In this document: positions 1-13,685 of the stretch, piece by piece
How positions within the stretch are numbered: position 1 is the stretch's first letter
Layout of the letters: each line of letters opens with the position of its first letter
Source of the DNA: Octopus sinensis
Lineage: Eukaryota
Direction of reading: 5' to 3'
Length of the DNA: 64,000 nt
Assembly (NCBI RefSeq): GCF_006345805.1
Contig: NC_042998.1
Location: 47,058,001 to 47,122,000, forward strand
The notes under the pieces: model-generated
Database searches by the model: none
What the model saw: only the letters and a program-made list of their open reading frames with translations
Told to the model about the DNA's origin: nothing
Made by a program: the position numbers and the translations under genes

Positions 1-579
1 AGAAATTTTATGATGGTAATAATGAGGTGAACGGTTAAAGGAAGAGATGAGGAATAAGAATGAAGACAAGAAGGAGAAGAAGAAGAGTAATGTTTACAAT
101 AACAATGATGATGATGATGATGATGATCATGGTGATGGTGATGATGATTTTAAACCACAAAAATCAAAATCGATGAGAAAAAAATAGAAGAGAAAATGAA
201 GTCTATATCTTTTGCAGACGTTTGGCACTAACTTGAAGCACTGAAGTTGCTAAGTGGATACTGCATTGCATTACATGCTCACGAATTAAAATCCCGCAGC
301 TAGGGCTACGTTGTACTTTCGTATAGAATATATTCATCTACAGATCTAACGAAAATCAATACCATATAGTTTGAAAAATTCTTATAACAAGTGAGTGACA
401 TATCATCCAATTCTAAGTATCAACTGTTATATTCTATGTAAACTGATCATGAAGGGCGGCCTGCACCAGATGACGACATTCTATATTATAATCTCGGACC
501 AGTTCCAAGACAGATATACCAGTTTTTTTTTGTTCGGTATGCAGCAAGTCTGACATTCACCATATTTTACAAGACTGGC

Positions 580-812
580 TTTCCATCGGTTACGTCGACT
601 GTTCCAGTTCATCCGACCAACGGAACAACTTGCTCGTGAAATTAACATGCAAATGGCTGAACGCTCCACAAATACTCCTACCCTTAACGTGGCTCTTGAA
701 GAGATACAGAATGACACAGAATGAGACAAAGCTGGCCCTTTGAATTACATCTCATTTTTGCCAGTTGAATAGACTCGAACAACGTGAAATAAATTATCTT
801 GCTCAAGGAAGC
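580..812 (-). mobile_element. SINE family C fragment (central domain and tail)
   Basis: gtgaaataaattatcttgctcaagg matches copies at 62935-63095 and 50490-50777; tail matches the reverse complement of 11150-11310. Confidence 0.7.
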
Positions 813-1129
813 AACACACCGCCAAAATAATTTTAACTTCTTGTTTGGAAAAAAAATCCATCCCGCAGGAATTTGATTTGGGAACGGAAGAGAATGTAAC
901 TAGTTAATGGGAAGCATTTTGAATGGCATTAGAATATTAATACGTGCCAATGAAATTTTGTCAATAAGGCACAGAAAAAATGCCCTACTTCCACAAAATG
1001 GAGCAGTAAAGAATTATCTAGTAAAAAAGATTAAGAATGATTGATAATCCGATGTAACAGATTATTGTTTTATTGATAACTAATAACGGGTCAAAATCAA
1101 GTTTTGTACAACGTTTATTTTTCAATGTT

Positions 1130-1510
1130 TTCCTTTTAACTGTTGAAGTCATTGGACTACGGGTATGTTGGCGCACTACCTTGAAAAGGTTAGTCGGACA
1201 AGTCGACCCCCTCAGATTTGTTAGATCTGCTTCTTACTCTACGGGTACTTTTGCTGAACCACTAGGGTGCGGAGGATAACCAACCAAAACTGATTTTCAA
1301 GCGGTGGTTGGGGAGACAAATGCAAACATAGACACACAGAGGCATATATATGACGAGATCCCTTGCCGTTTCCGTTCACCAAATTCAGTCATGACATTAG
1401 TCGCGCCGGGGGTAGAGTAGAAGGCACTTGTTCAAGATGTCACGCTGTGAGATTGAACCCGAAACAGCTTAGTTACAAAGCGAGATTCTTAACCACACAA
1501 CCATACCTGC
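1130..1510 (-). mobile_element. SINE family A, old divergent copy
   Basis: Colinear with the reverse complement of 13247-13685 (tail, central part, tRNA-like head with gattgaaccc B box). Confidence 0.75.
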
Positions 1511-2136
1511 TTCTAGAGGACTGAAAGCCCACCCAGTCCAAATTATATCATTTTATTGCTAAGACTTAGTCACAAGAAGAAGAGCAGATATATTTGCTCT
1601 TTTGCAGGTTTTCCATGGCGGGTAGGACTAAAACACAACACGTGTGCTGAAGAATATCAAAAGAATGTGTTTACCACAAACTTGTGATTCAGTCAAAATA
1701 CTTGCAACAATTAAAAAGGAAAACATTGAAACTGTACTAAGGACACAAAGACCAGGTGGCTATGTTAAACCGAGCAACAGATGAAATCTATCATCCAAAT
1801 ACAACAATATTTCTCTAATCAGCTTCTGGTTCAGTTCTTGACCACCTGATACCCCTTGTAAACTGCCGTTTTACTAATATACTTGTTTACCCTTTCATTG
1901 CATAAGGGTATCCAGGCAAAAATATGAAAGCATTCAACTGTATAGCCTATACCCTAGAAAGATAACCATTTTAAATCTCCTCACAACAAGCTGGCGTTTA
2001 TATAAAAACGATAATTAAAATAAAGGCGAAGACGGTCATAAAGGGAAGGAAAATAAAGAGAAGTAAAGTAAAACGAAGTGTGTTCTGGGGCGTGTGACTT
2101 CAGAATACAAACGTCTTTCGAAAGAAAAGCAGAAAA

Positions 2137-2520
2137 TCTTTATATATAAAACTGTAGTTGTGTGAGTGTCTGTCCCCTTCGATTTAGATTCCTAACTACT
2201 CCCACATTTTGCGGTGCAGTTTAACCAAAACCGGTTATCTTATAGTCGTGATTCATATCGAGCCCTTCTGGGTATTAGCGCGCGTCTACGATGAGGCTAC
2301 GATTTTAAAAATAATTTACCACCATTTTTTTCCATTTTCATGCATATTTTTTTTAAGGGAAGTAACTCTCTAAAAATGTCTACGATGAGTCAACGATTTA
2401 AAAAAAATTTACCATCATATTTTTTCCATTTTTAATGCATTTTTTTGCTATTTTTGGGCTATAACTCTCTAAAAATGCTGTATAGTTATTTCCCTTACAA
2501 ACCCGAGCAACGCCGGCTAG
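2137..2520 (+). mobile_element. Non-autonomous Helitron
   Basis: 5' TC (tctttatatataaa), 3' cccgagcaacgccgg-CTAG, inserted between A (2136) and T (2521); internal tandem duplication of a gtctacgatgag unit. Confidence 0.8.
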
Positions 2521-2568
2521 TAGTTATTAAATGTATTTGAAAGTCCGCAATTAGAATTTGTTAATTAT

Positions 2569-2930
2569 CTCTTGTTTTCAACTTGTTTCAGTAATTGGAT
2601 TGCGGCCGTACTGGAGCAACGCCTTGAAGGACTGAATCAGACATATTGAACGTAGTACTTATTTTTAAGTCTGGTACTTATATTATCGGTGTCTTTTGCC
2701 CAACCGCTAAATTAAGGGGTCACACACATACCTAAATACACACACACAAGGACATACGAGCGCGCCCACACACATATCTGTATATATCTGACGAGCTACC
2801 AAATTTACTCACGAGTTATTGGGTACCTCCAGAGGTTATAGCAGTAGACATTTGGCTAAGGTGCTGTACAGTGGGACTGAACTCCAAACAATGTTCTCTA
2901 AAGCAAGCTTCTTAACAATTGAGCCATATC
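2569..2930 (-). mobile_element. SINE family A, divergent copy
   Basis: cttgtttcagt..gcggccgtactggagca tail and gtgggactgaac head in reverse orientation. Confidence 0.75.
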
Positions 2931-3157
2931 AAAAAGTCTACTATTGACATTAGATGTATTATTTCTGGATATGTTCATAATCCCGAAGAAATTCGAATAA
3001 GGAGGCTTTTCTTAATTTTCAAACAAACAAAAGTAAGCCAATGGATAATATGTGTTAAATGTATAAATTACTGTGGAATACTGGTCCACATACAGTGTTG
3101 TACAATGAACGAGAGGTTCTGTTTATCAAAACAACAGAAACACAAAACTGTGTTTGT

Positions 3158-3205
<48 letters not shown>

Positions 3206-3208
<3 letters not shown>

Positions 3209-3350
3209 GGAGTGGCCTTGCTTACCAACCACATGGTTCCGGGTTCAGTCCCATTGCGTGGCACCTTGGGCAACTCTCTTCTACTATAGCCTCGGGCCAA
3301 CCAAAGCTTTGTGAGTGGATTTGGTAGATGGAAACTGAAAGAAGCCCGTG

Positions 3351-3417
<67 letters not shown>

Positions 3418-3600
3418 TGCCTCTATTTTTGTCCCCCTATTCTCACTTGACAGCCGACGTTGGTGTGTTTTACGTCCCCGTAACTTAGCGGACCGATAGA
3501 ATAAATACTAGGCTTACAAAAGAATAAGTCCTGGACGCGATTTGTTCGACTAAAGATGGTGCTCCAGCATCACCGCAGTCAAATCACTGAACTATAATAA
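3206..3600 (+). mobile_element. SINE family A, near full length
   Basis: Head with ggttcagtccc B box, ccttgggcaa motif, internal (TA)n(TG)n, conserved tail. Confidence 0.9.
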
Positions 3601-3671
3601 TAAAAAAATATATATTTATACTTATATTTCTACACTCACGCACGCACACAAACACACACACACATATACAT

Positions 3672-4130
<459 letters not shown>

Positions 4131-4132
4131 AT

Positions 4133-4226
<94 letters not shown>

Positions 4227-4789
4227 TGATGGTGAAGATTATTATAAAGATGGCGGTGACAGTGGCCACAGTAGTAGGGGTGATGATCCTGAATACAACG
4301 ACGATGACGAAGGCGATGGTGATGGTGGTTGTGATGGTGGTAGCTGTGCTGCTGGTGAGGATGATGTTAATGACGATGAGAGCGATAATGATGTTGACGA
4401 TGATGACGATGAAAATGGATTACTTGTGAGTTTGAGATGGTATGTTTTTTTTTTGTTTTTCTCTTTTCAGATAGCATATTGAACTCTAGAGAATGAGATT
4501 CGAAACAGATTTATCCAGATAGCCGCTCAAATTACCTCAGCAGGGTTCAACTGGTATGCTTGGAAAGGGTGAACCAGGAGAAGATACAAGAAAAAAAGCA
4601 AGGAAGATGAAGCAAGTATAGAAATTAAAGAAAAAAAAACTTTTAAAAAAGCGGAAAAAGGAAAAAAAAAGAGGAAAATGTGGGAAGTTTGAAAAAAAAC
4701 CCAACTTATTTGTTCAGTTCGAAATGTCCATGAGAGGCAATGAGCCTTTAAAAAATGAAAGGTGATAAAGTGCTTGTAAAGGATGGGGG

Positions 4790-4790
<1 letters not shown>

Positions 4791-4830
<40 letters not shown>

Positions 4831-4993
4831 TAATAATAATAATAATAATAATATAATGATAATAAAAATACTAATAATAATGATGATAATAATAATATAT
4901 TTGCTATCAGGACGAAGCACAAGGGGACAGTTGCGGTAGTAGTAGTAGCTGTAGTAGTAGTAGTAGTAGTAGAAGTAGTAGTAGTTGTAGTAA

Positions 4994-5043
<50 letters not shown>

Positions 5044-5090
5044 ACAACAACAACAACAACAATAACAATAATAATGATAACAACAACAAA
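4791..5090. repeat. Compound (AAT)n/(AGT)n/(AAC)n microsatellites
   Basis: Seen directly. Confidence 0.95.
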
Positions 5091-5094
5091 GAAA

Positions 5095-5165
5095 CAGCTA
5101 CGTGCTCCAGCATGACCGCAGCCGCGTGGCTGAAACAAGTAAAAGAGTCAAAGAGTAAAAGAGTA
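5095..5165 (+). mobile_element. SINE family A 3' tail fragment
   Basis: gtgctccagcatgaccgcag..tgaaacaagtaaaagag. Confidence 0.8.
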
Positions 5166-6151
5166 AGTAAATATATAAATAAGATTACAAGAATTAAGCA
5201 AACAACAACAGGAATAATGTAAACACATCAACTTATAGTGAAATATGTTTGGCCGTGAAACATATGTGATATTCATTGTAACCCAAATGACCCTTTCCTT
5301 ATCAATTATTGTTTATAATAGAACATGTATAACAACCAAAGGGAAAAGTGTATACGAGCAAAGAAAAACAGAGGTAAAATATATTGCACTTGTCGCCATT
5401 TTTTTTTTTTTACTTTGTGTTTGTTGACAGATTCCCTTTGGAAAGTCTCCTGTTTTTTTTTCTCCGTGAAATTTCGACAGGCACGAGATTATCTGGTGAA
5501 TGTATGGTCAAAGACAGAGGGGTTTTATGTGCGGTATTTGTGAGGGAACGTAGATTTATGGAAAAGCGATCGAAATTGCTTGTGGAAATTTGGCGATTGG
5601 GGATAAACAAAATTTGTTGAGAAATAAATGATTTACTGACATCTAACGGGTAGGTAGCTTTCGGTTTTTTTCTATCCAGGAAACCCAGCATTTACATATT
5701 GTTACTTACGGCTTTAAGTGATGTCATTCGGAGTCCAGATTTCTAAAAAGAAAAAAGAAAACCGAAAAGTTTAAGCATGCAGAAATAAAGGAAGTATAAA
5801 CAGTATAAGCAAAAAATGAAAAAAGAATATTTGATCACTATACAAAAGGTACAAAAAAGAGAAAGAAAACATTTTCTTTTCTGAAATATAATCACGATGG
5901 TAAATGTTACTGAAGTGTTCGAATACAGTAACTGTTACTGTAAATGTTACTGAAGTGTTCGAATTGGCTCATACAGTTGTGGAGGACGTTCAGTATGGAT
6001 TTATATAATGAATATTTTTTGGCCCAAAATATATCGATTATAATAGTCATCTGAATTTCCAATGAGTATCGAGTCTTAGATTTAGTTCATAAATCACCGC
6101 CTAATCAACGCAGAATAATAAAATGTAAGAATATCGAATGATTAAAATCAG

Positions 6152-6204
<53 letters not shown>

Positions 6205-6337
6205 CCAGTATACACACACACGCACGCACAAATACACACACATACACATATATATATATAAATATGTATGCATGTATGTCTGTGAGTGTGTATATGTGTT
6301 TGTACACACACACACACACACACACACACAACACACA

Positions 6338-6409
<72 letters not shown>

Positions 6410-7019
6410 CTATATGTATAGAGACCATCTCTCTCTCTTTCTCTGTTAGACTTCTATCAATATGCTTTTAATTAGTAAGCGCGAATGCTTGGAACTCTAC
6501 GTAAACTTGTATGTACATGAACATTTAATTCGATGTATAAATTAGTATACGATAAATATAAATGCATTGAATCCTTTGTTTTCATTTTTTGTATGTACTA
6601 AATAGTTCAATATAATTTGTCAGTGTAATTTAAATTCATTGTTTTAACAAACAATATAGCAATATAGATATATATTTCTTTACTAAAAGATATATTTCTT
6701 TATGCATATAATGCTTCCATTAATACACTAATACTATAGGGTTATCTGGTACAGTACAAGATATATATCGTGGAAGATATATAGTCAAATATATATAAGT
6801 GTATGTAAATATATATGTGTGTGTGTGTATGTGTGTGCATAAGTATATATATCTATATATATATATATATATACATACAAACATACATGTATACATATAC
6901 ACAAAGACACACAATACACGCGCATACATATATACACATTTATGTGTATGTATACATATGTATATGTTTTTATGTATGTGTGTGTGTATGAGTGTGTAAT
7001 AATTATTTATAGTACACTC

Positions 7020-9060
7020 CTTGAAGGACAATCAAATAATCTTTAACATAAACGTATCGAAAAAGGGAACTGAAAGGGTATTCAAGCATATGGTATGGAA
7101 TGCATTCTAACATGAAAAACAGAACACCCGCAGACATGTACAGACTTAGACCGTACAAGTCTACCTCCCCGAAAGTAAAGAAGTTGAAAATTCGAAACCA
7201 CTCTTTACAGTTTGATAAATAAAATAAGATGCAAGCATTAACAACTCCCAAACTCCCTGAACAATTACATAAAATCTTTCAAATAATCTCTAAACAACTA
7301 AAGGCTTGCAGACAAAACAAAGGATATACATGAACTAAACGACACAACGTGCTCTAAACTTCCTACATATAACAATAAAAAAATTTAATACAAAAAATAC
7401 AAAAACAAAAATTCAAGACCTCCACCGATACACTATAAATATAGAAGTGAAGAAAAAAAAACAAAGAAAATCTAGTCGCCTAGCTAAAAATAGAGCATCT
7501 CGTAGTATACTCCACCATGCATTAACCATTAAAAACCGTATCCCCAATTTCCTCTCCAGGTGCAGGTTGATTATTGTTGCAAAATAACGAACTGGATTTA
7601 GTCATCAAGTGTATCCTCGATGCCATTAACATTAGAACGAAAAACACTTAGAGACTAACTCCACCGTTAGTAAGTCGTTCAGGAGTGTTTAAAAGAAATC
7701 CTTTAATTCAATTTAACATTGTCATCTTTCATCTATTTTAACTTAATTAGTTCTCTTGAAAACCTTGGAATTTGGGAGAAAATTTACATCCTTTAACTCA
7801 GAAACCGCGTTACCGGAATAAAAATGAATGCTAGTAATAGAATCATGATACCAGGATAAGAATGGACACCAGAAAAGTGGCTCTAATGACGAAGTTTCTT
7901 ATTGTGTTGAAAAGGTGGATGGGTCCATTGTTTGGTGTTTCTATTGGCAGCTAAAACAAAACAGAAGTATTCAATTTGATACAACGAAGAGACAGTAGTT
8001 TATCAACTTCCTATGACACAAACTGTAACAATAAGATATAGAAAAGAACTGTTGAGAATATTTAAGTAATTTGATTTAAACTATCATTTACAGCATCCTA
8101 AGAGAAGTTAATTTCTTTTTAGGCTGTAAAGGCAAACATATACAGTTGAAGAAACCAAATACACACGCAAGATTTCCACCAACAATCTGCATTTAACAAT
8201 CATGCAGACGATTAAAAGTATCCAGCTTGTACTCGGAGAGTTGCAACATATTACAACGACTGACGAATAAAAATACAGGGTAACACACCGTATACATAAA
8301 GAACCAGCGGGACTAGGAACAGGAAAGTAATTTGGTTCAATTTCCCTTTTAATATGAATGTAGTCGACAGTGTAGCTAAGATTTTTTATCGTTTGTAATA
8401 TTCAATTTCTCATCTTCACATAGATGCAACTATTTAAGGCATACAGCTTTAGAGCTATCAATTATGGTCTTGGTCTGAATAGTATTGCTGCACAAATTTC
8501 ACAGCGGAATTTAAGACATTCAGCCAGACAGCCCCATTCTCAACAAGCAACTTGTGACTGCAGAAGACCCACAATCCATCTTAGTAAAGCACAACTCTCT
8601 AAATGATGGATGCAAAGAAAAATCCAAGTGTCATCTGGAGAAAAATTATACAAGAATCTGCACAAACATCTTTTAAAGCCGATATAACCTGCACATACAC
8701 TCATTCAGATTTAGAGCAAAGGAGAATTCAACACATTCATCTCAATGAATGCGTTTTATCCATCCGGAATACTGTGGATTGAGCAACTCCATACAACTAC
8801 GGTTTACAATAGTGTTGGCTATACTTGACTGAGATATTCTGTATCCTGAAATAGGCAGTGATATCACCGAACATATATGAGATACCATCTTTGTTTATTC
8901 CGCTTGGAGAACTACCAAAAGTTTGAGATATTCATTAAACCCGTCCATTGAACCGCATCATAATTGTTTTAACGTAGCCGCCCATCCTGATGCCCGCTGG
9001 TCAAACCTGCGTTATGAAACAATATTCAGCAAAATTATCAACCGTGATGCAAACAAAACA
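7020..9060 (+). pseudogene. Highly decayed non-LTR retrotransposon (RT region) remnant
   Basis: A-rich strand; broken translation near 7750-7830 (SLENLGIWEKIYIL*LRNRVTGIKMNAS) loosely resembles the LINE RT segment preceding GVPQG; many stops and frameshifts. Confidence 0.35.
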
Positions 9061-9319
9061 AAACAAAAACAATCACATTTCATCGTAGGTAGTGTGGTTC
9101 GAATGAGCACAAATGGTACGAAAGACTGAGTGAACCAGTATACACACACACACACGCAAGAACACACACGCACGCACACACATACACACACACATTCATA
9201 CATTCATACGTACTCGCATACACACATATATATGAATACGCATCTTCATGTATTTTACTTAAATTAATAAGCCCAACGAAATATGCTTTTTCTTTCGTCC
9301 GGGAACATGCCAAAAATAA

Positions 9320-9498
9320 CTCTATTTATTACATGCGTATAAATCGCGCAAATTTTCATTTTTTTCGATTTTAACTGTAAAATGTACGGCGTGAATTATA
9401 CATGAATTATACGGAAAAAATTAAACATATGAAGAGAAAAATGTTGTGGCGATATTTAAAACTAAATTACGGGTGTGATTTATACTCGGGTACTACGG
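9320..9498. mobile_element. Degenerate Tc2/pogo-like MITE
   Basis: Right end tatactcgggtactacgg|ta resembles the TIR at 12065 and 32819; left end degenerate. Confidence 0.4.
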
Positions 9499-10726
9499 TA
9501 GTTGATAATAAAAAGTGGCTCGTTATACACAGAATTATAAACTGACCGACGGTCAGGCAAATGGGCAGAAAGGCAGCCATGTCAGTAAAAGAAAGATTTT
9601 AAGTGGGGCAGTGAATTTAATTTGCAATGGTGAAGGCATGGTAGTGATAATAATGGTATTAATGATGATGATGATGGTTTGGTAGTGGAGATGGAGGTGG
9701 CGATGAAGGTAGTGGTGGCATTGATGATGTTGATGGTGATGATAAAATAATACTTATGATAGCCTTTATATTTATTACTATCGTCACATATATATACACA
9801 CAGAGACACATTTGGATCATTCTCACTGTTCCCCTTTTCTCTCCTCCTCACGTTCTTTCTCATTGTGTGTGTGTGAATATATATATATATATATATATAC
9901 ATTCCCTATCCATTCGTATATATACACATAAGTGTAAATACAGATATATATATATATATATACACACATCGGTCATATGTATGTATCTAAGTATGTATGC
10001 GTGTTTGTACGTATGTGTTCCTCTGTGTGTGTGAGTGTGTGTATATGTATGTGAGTGTGTGTGTGTGTGTGTGTGACCGATCTACATGGTTGATCATCCT
10101 GTACTTACATCAGGAGATAACTTTATCTAACGCCGTCTTCTTTGCAGTAATATTTCCTCATATTTTTTTTTTTAAATAACATCAACAAAAAATCCAAACA
10201 AGAGTTTATTTACCACTTGTGAACGACATAACAGCGAAAGTAAACTTCCAACAAAAAACCAATTGTTTGCTATAGTATTTTGAGATGGCCACTTTTCCTT
10301 TCCTGTGAGGTTCAACAAGTCGTGGCGCACACTTTGCATTCCTTTCTTCCTTTGTATTTTTTTTTACTCATCTTTATTTATTTCTTCCTTCCTTTTTTCT
10401 CACTTCCTCCTTTGATTCATCATCAAAATAAAATCATTCTTCAGATGATAAAACGGTTATTGTTGATGTTGCGATTGATACCAAGGTTTCTGTAAGAAAA
10501 AAAATTAACAAGTAAAAGAAATCAGACAAAATCATCTGATGACTTCCGGTATGGTTTAATCGGTTTTATTTATATTAGGTTATTGTGGAGTAGTGGTTAA
10601 TTCCGGGTGAAATTCATTCTGCTATTCAGTTTCAATTTCTAGTTAAGGCTAGTTATCCTTTGCGTCACGTATTTTTACTCTAAAACAGCACGAACACCAT
10701 AATTTCTGGCATATGGTGAATGAACA

Positions 10727-10893
10727 TCATTCTCAGTTCAAATTCTGCCGAGGTCGACTTTGCCTTTCATCCTTTCGGGGTCGATAAATTAAATACCAGT
10801 TACACACTGGGGTCGATGTAATCGACTTAATCCGTTTGTCTGTCCTTGTTTGTCCTCTCTGTGTTTAGCCCCTTGTGAGTAGTAAAGAAATAT
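10727..10893 (+). mobile_element. SINE family B, 5'-truncated, with 16-bp TSD
   Basis: gaggtcgactttgcctttcatcctttcggggtcgataaattaa domain; TSD atatggtgaatgaaca at 10711-10726 and 10894-10909. Confidence 0.92.
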
Positions 10894-10931
10894 ATATGGT
10901 GAATGAACAAACTATCAATGTGATATTAGTT

Positions 10932-11312
10932 GGTGCAATGTGGCCGAATGATTAAGAGACTTGTGTCGTAGCGATAAACCAAGTCTCAGGTTCGATAGCA
11001 CTGTGTGGCTGTTCGATCAAATGCAATTTTTTGGTCTCAAATGTACCCATTACTTTGTGAATGAAATCAGGTCAACGGAACTGCATGGAAGCTCTTCACG
11101 TGTGCTGTATCTTTAATTCGAAAGTTACAGCCTTGTTTCACACACGTTGTGTCCATGCTGATTCTTCCGCAGAATTACATTAAATATAAATGTATCTGTG
11201 GAATGCTTGGTCACTTAGACGCTAATTCAGGATCGAGTAATTCAGTTGATTAAACAATTGAATACTCATCGACAAACAGCTGTGATCCCTACTATTCGCA
11301 GCATAGCAGTGC
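10932..11312 (+). mobile_element. tRNA-derived SINE with family C type tail, divergent
   Basis: tggccgaatg A-box-like and ggttcgatagc B-box-like motifs; tail matches the reverse of 580-760. Confidence 0.65.
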
Positions 11313-11545
11313 TAAAACTTAATTTTCTTGCGCAGTCAGAATTATATCTCAGTATGTAAAAACGGTATCTATGTCTCCGCCTGGTTCCTTTTGCTAATTA
11401 GAACCAATTTAATTGCGTTGTCTACTTACGGTTTACTTTTCGAATTTTTTATAAATCGTTTTCATAGTTATTTTAACTTTCATTTTACCTCTGTATGTAT
11501 GCTGTTTGTTATTTGAATACATATTTTCTTATTTCAGTACACATG

Positions 11546-12065
11546 CCGTAAATCCTCGAGTATAATCCGCATTTTTTTCCGAAAATTTAAAGGTCAAAAT
11601 CCCTAGTGGGTACTATAATCGAGGTTAAAAGTGAAAACTATTTTCTAAGCAATGTCCGAGTCTATAATTGCTGTCCGGCAATGTCTATTCAGACGCATTT
11701 TGTGATGTCGGGCCCGAAAATATCTTAAGCTAAGCCTGAAAGCAATGAAGTCAAAAGAATCATCCATAACTTGCAGTGAACAACATTTATTAAAATAAAA
11801 GTATTCACAACAAGGATTAACATGTAACAAAAACAATTTGCAAACATATTTAAATTCCCATATAACATTTAAGAACATCACGATTATTGTATTACGCATG
11901 CACGGAAGTGTTTGTTCGACTAGGTGCTGCTGGCTTAATTACGCACGACTCAAGTTAAAGAAGAGGTGCGTGTTATACACAAGGTTTAAGTTTTTCAGAG
12001 GTACAGCTCCCTAAAAATTCCTTGCGTATTATACTCAAGGGCGGACTATACTCGAGGATTTACGG
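11546..12065. mobile_element. Tc2/pogo-like MITE, copy 1
   Basis: TIRs ccgtaaatcctcgagtata / tatactcgaggatttacgg, TA on the right; homologous to 32313-32819. Confidence 0.9.
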
Positions 12066-13246
12066 TATACATATACAAATCGAATTCTTTGAATGGTAGC
12101 AGATCCAGACCGCTGAATAAAGTTTCAGTTCTGCATATTTCTTTCCTTCCATTTATAATTTATTTAAAGCATCTGAAAAAATCTTCTGAATTCCGAAACT
12201 TCAGATGAGGAAGAAATACCTGATAAAAATATCATGAAGTGAAAGGGAGAAAAATGTTCTTTACATCAGTAGTTTCTTTTTGAACTCGCGACGAAGTGCC
12301 TTGTATTTTAGCATTAGCATTAAGGAGAAATCACATTGTGATCTTCACGTTTCTTTCCAAAACACTGCTGAAATAAATGATATAAATTTTTTTTAGCAGA
12401 AAATCAAAACAGAGTATGTTTCGACTCGTTGTGAGCTTTATCTCATGTCTAACATAGTTACCTCAAAAGGTTGTATATCTTATTGTTATTAATTCTTAAA
12501 CTGTTATGGCTGCTACTAACGCACATGGCGCCTGGTTCGAATTTCGCAAATCTCTGTTCAACATACATACAATAGGTAGGATTTATCCGATATATTGTGG
12601 AGGAACTATTTTTTCCTTATCTGGAAAACAATCCTATAGGTTATCTGATATCAAGACCAAATGCCAAAATAATCGTGCTGCTTCCCTTCAGTAGATCTGA
12701 GATAAAACAATCATGCTGAGAAATATAACAAGAAATAACTGACCTGGCCTTATGTTTTTATGTATGTGTCGTAGTTCAAGATCATCGGTATTTTGATGGG
12801 CGACTAAGGAAATTTACTTCAAGTCGTGTATATAATGTGTCCTTTATTTTCGTCTTTATTTTTCTTAGTTTTGTTCGTATCTTTTTCCATTTTCCTTGTT
12901 ATTTTTATTTTTCGATGTTTTCGTTATTCCATTACACATATTGCAAGTTGTGTTGTAGATTTAATAATATACTTGCATTTTAAGTGCAGCTTCTTTTATT
13001 TTTGGCAAGTAACCGAGAGGAACGAATAACAACACAGATACAAAACTGAGTTTACACTATCACGTATGAAAATCTCTTCTAAAATTTTGTGACAGAATTA
13101 ATTTGAGACTGCATCTTATTTCTCGATGAGGCAGACATATAATCACAACAAAATTCATGCACAATGTCGTTAACTCTGCACACTGACCTGTAATTTCTAT
13201 TAATTTACAATAAGTTTATTCATATGTTTGAAATAAATTCTTATAT

Positions 13247-13685
13247 AGGCGCTGGAGTGGCTGTGTGGTAAGTAACTTGATTACCAACCACATGGTTCCG
13301 GGTCCAGTCCCACTGCGTGGCACCTTTGGCAAGTGTTTTCTACTGTAGCCTCGGGCCGACCAAAGCCTTGTGAGTGGATTTGGTTGACGGAAACTGAAAG
13401 AAGCCCGTCGTATATATATGCATATATATATATATATATTATATATATATATATGTATGTGTGTGTATATATTGTGTCTCTATATTTGTCCTCCTAACAT
13501 TGCTTGACAACCGATGCTGGTGTTTTTACGTCCCCGTTACTTAGCAGTTCGGCAAACGAAGTCGATAGAATAAGTACTAGGCTCACAAAGAATAAGTGCT
13601 GGGGTCGATTTGATTCGACTAAATGTGGTGCTCCAGCATGGCCGCTATGAAATGACTGAAACAAGAAAAAAAGAGTAAAGAGTAA
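13247..13685 (+). mobile_element. SINE family A, full length
   Basis: aggcgctggagtggctgtgtggtaag head, central microsatellite, tail ending in aaagag repeats. Confidence 0.92.

Noticed and set aside
4441-4600. Strong plus-strand acceptor at 4470 and a short G-X-Y-like peptide
   Set aside because: Stops within 8 codons in all frames after the acceptor; the collagen-like pattern is too short
10404-10489. Minus-strand exon-like segment with good acceptor and donor
   Set aside because: 86 nt with stops in all three frames; no other support
10536-10618. CUGAUGA..CCGG..CCGG..GAAAU possible long-loop hammerhead
   Set aside because: Stem II closing pair, stem III and stem I do not form
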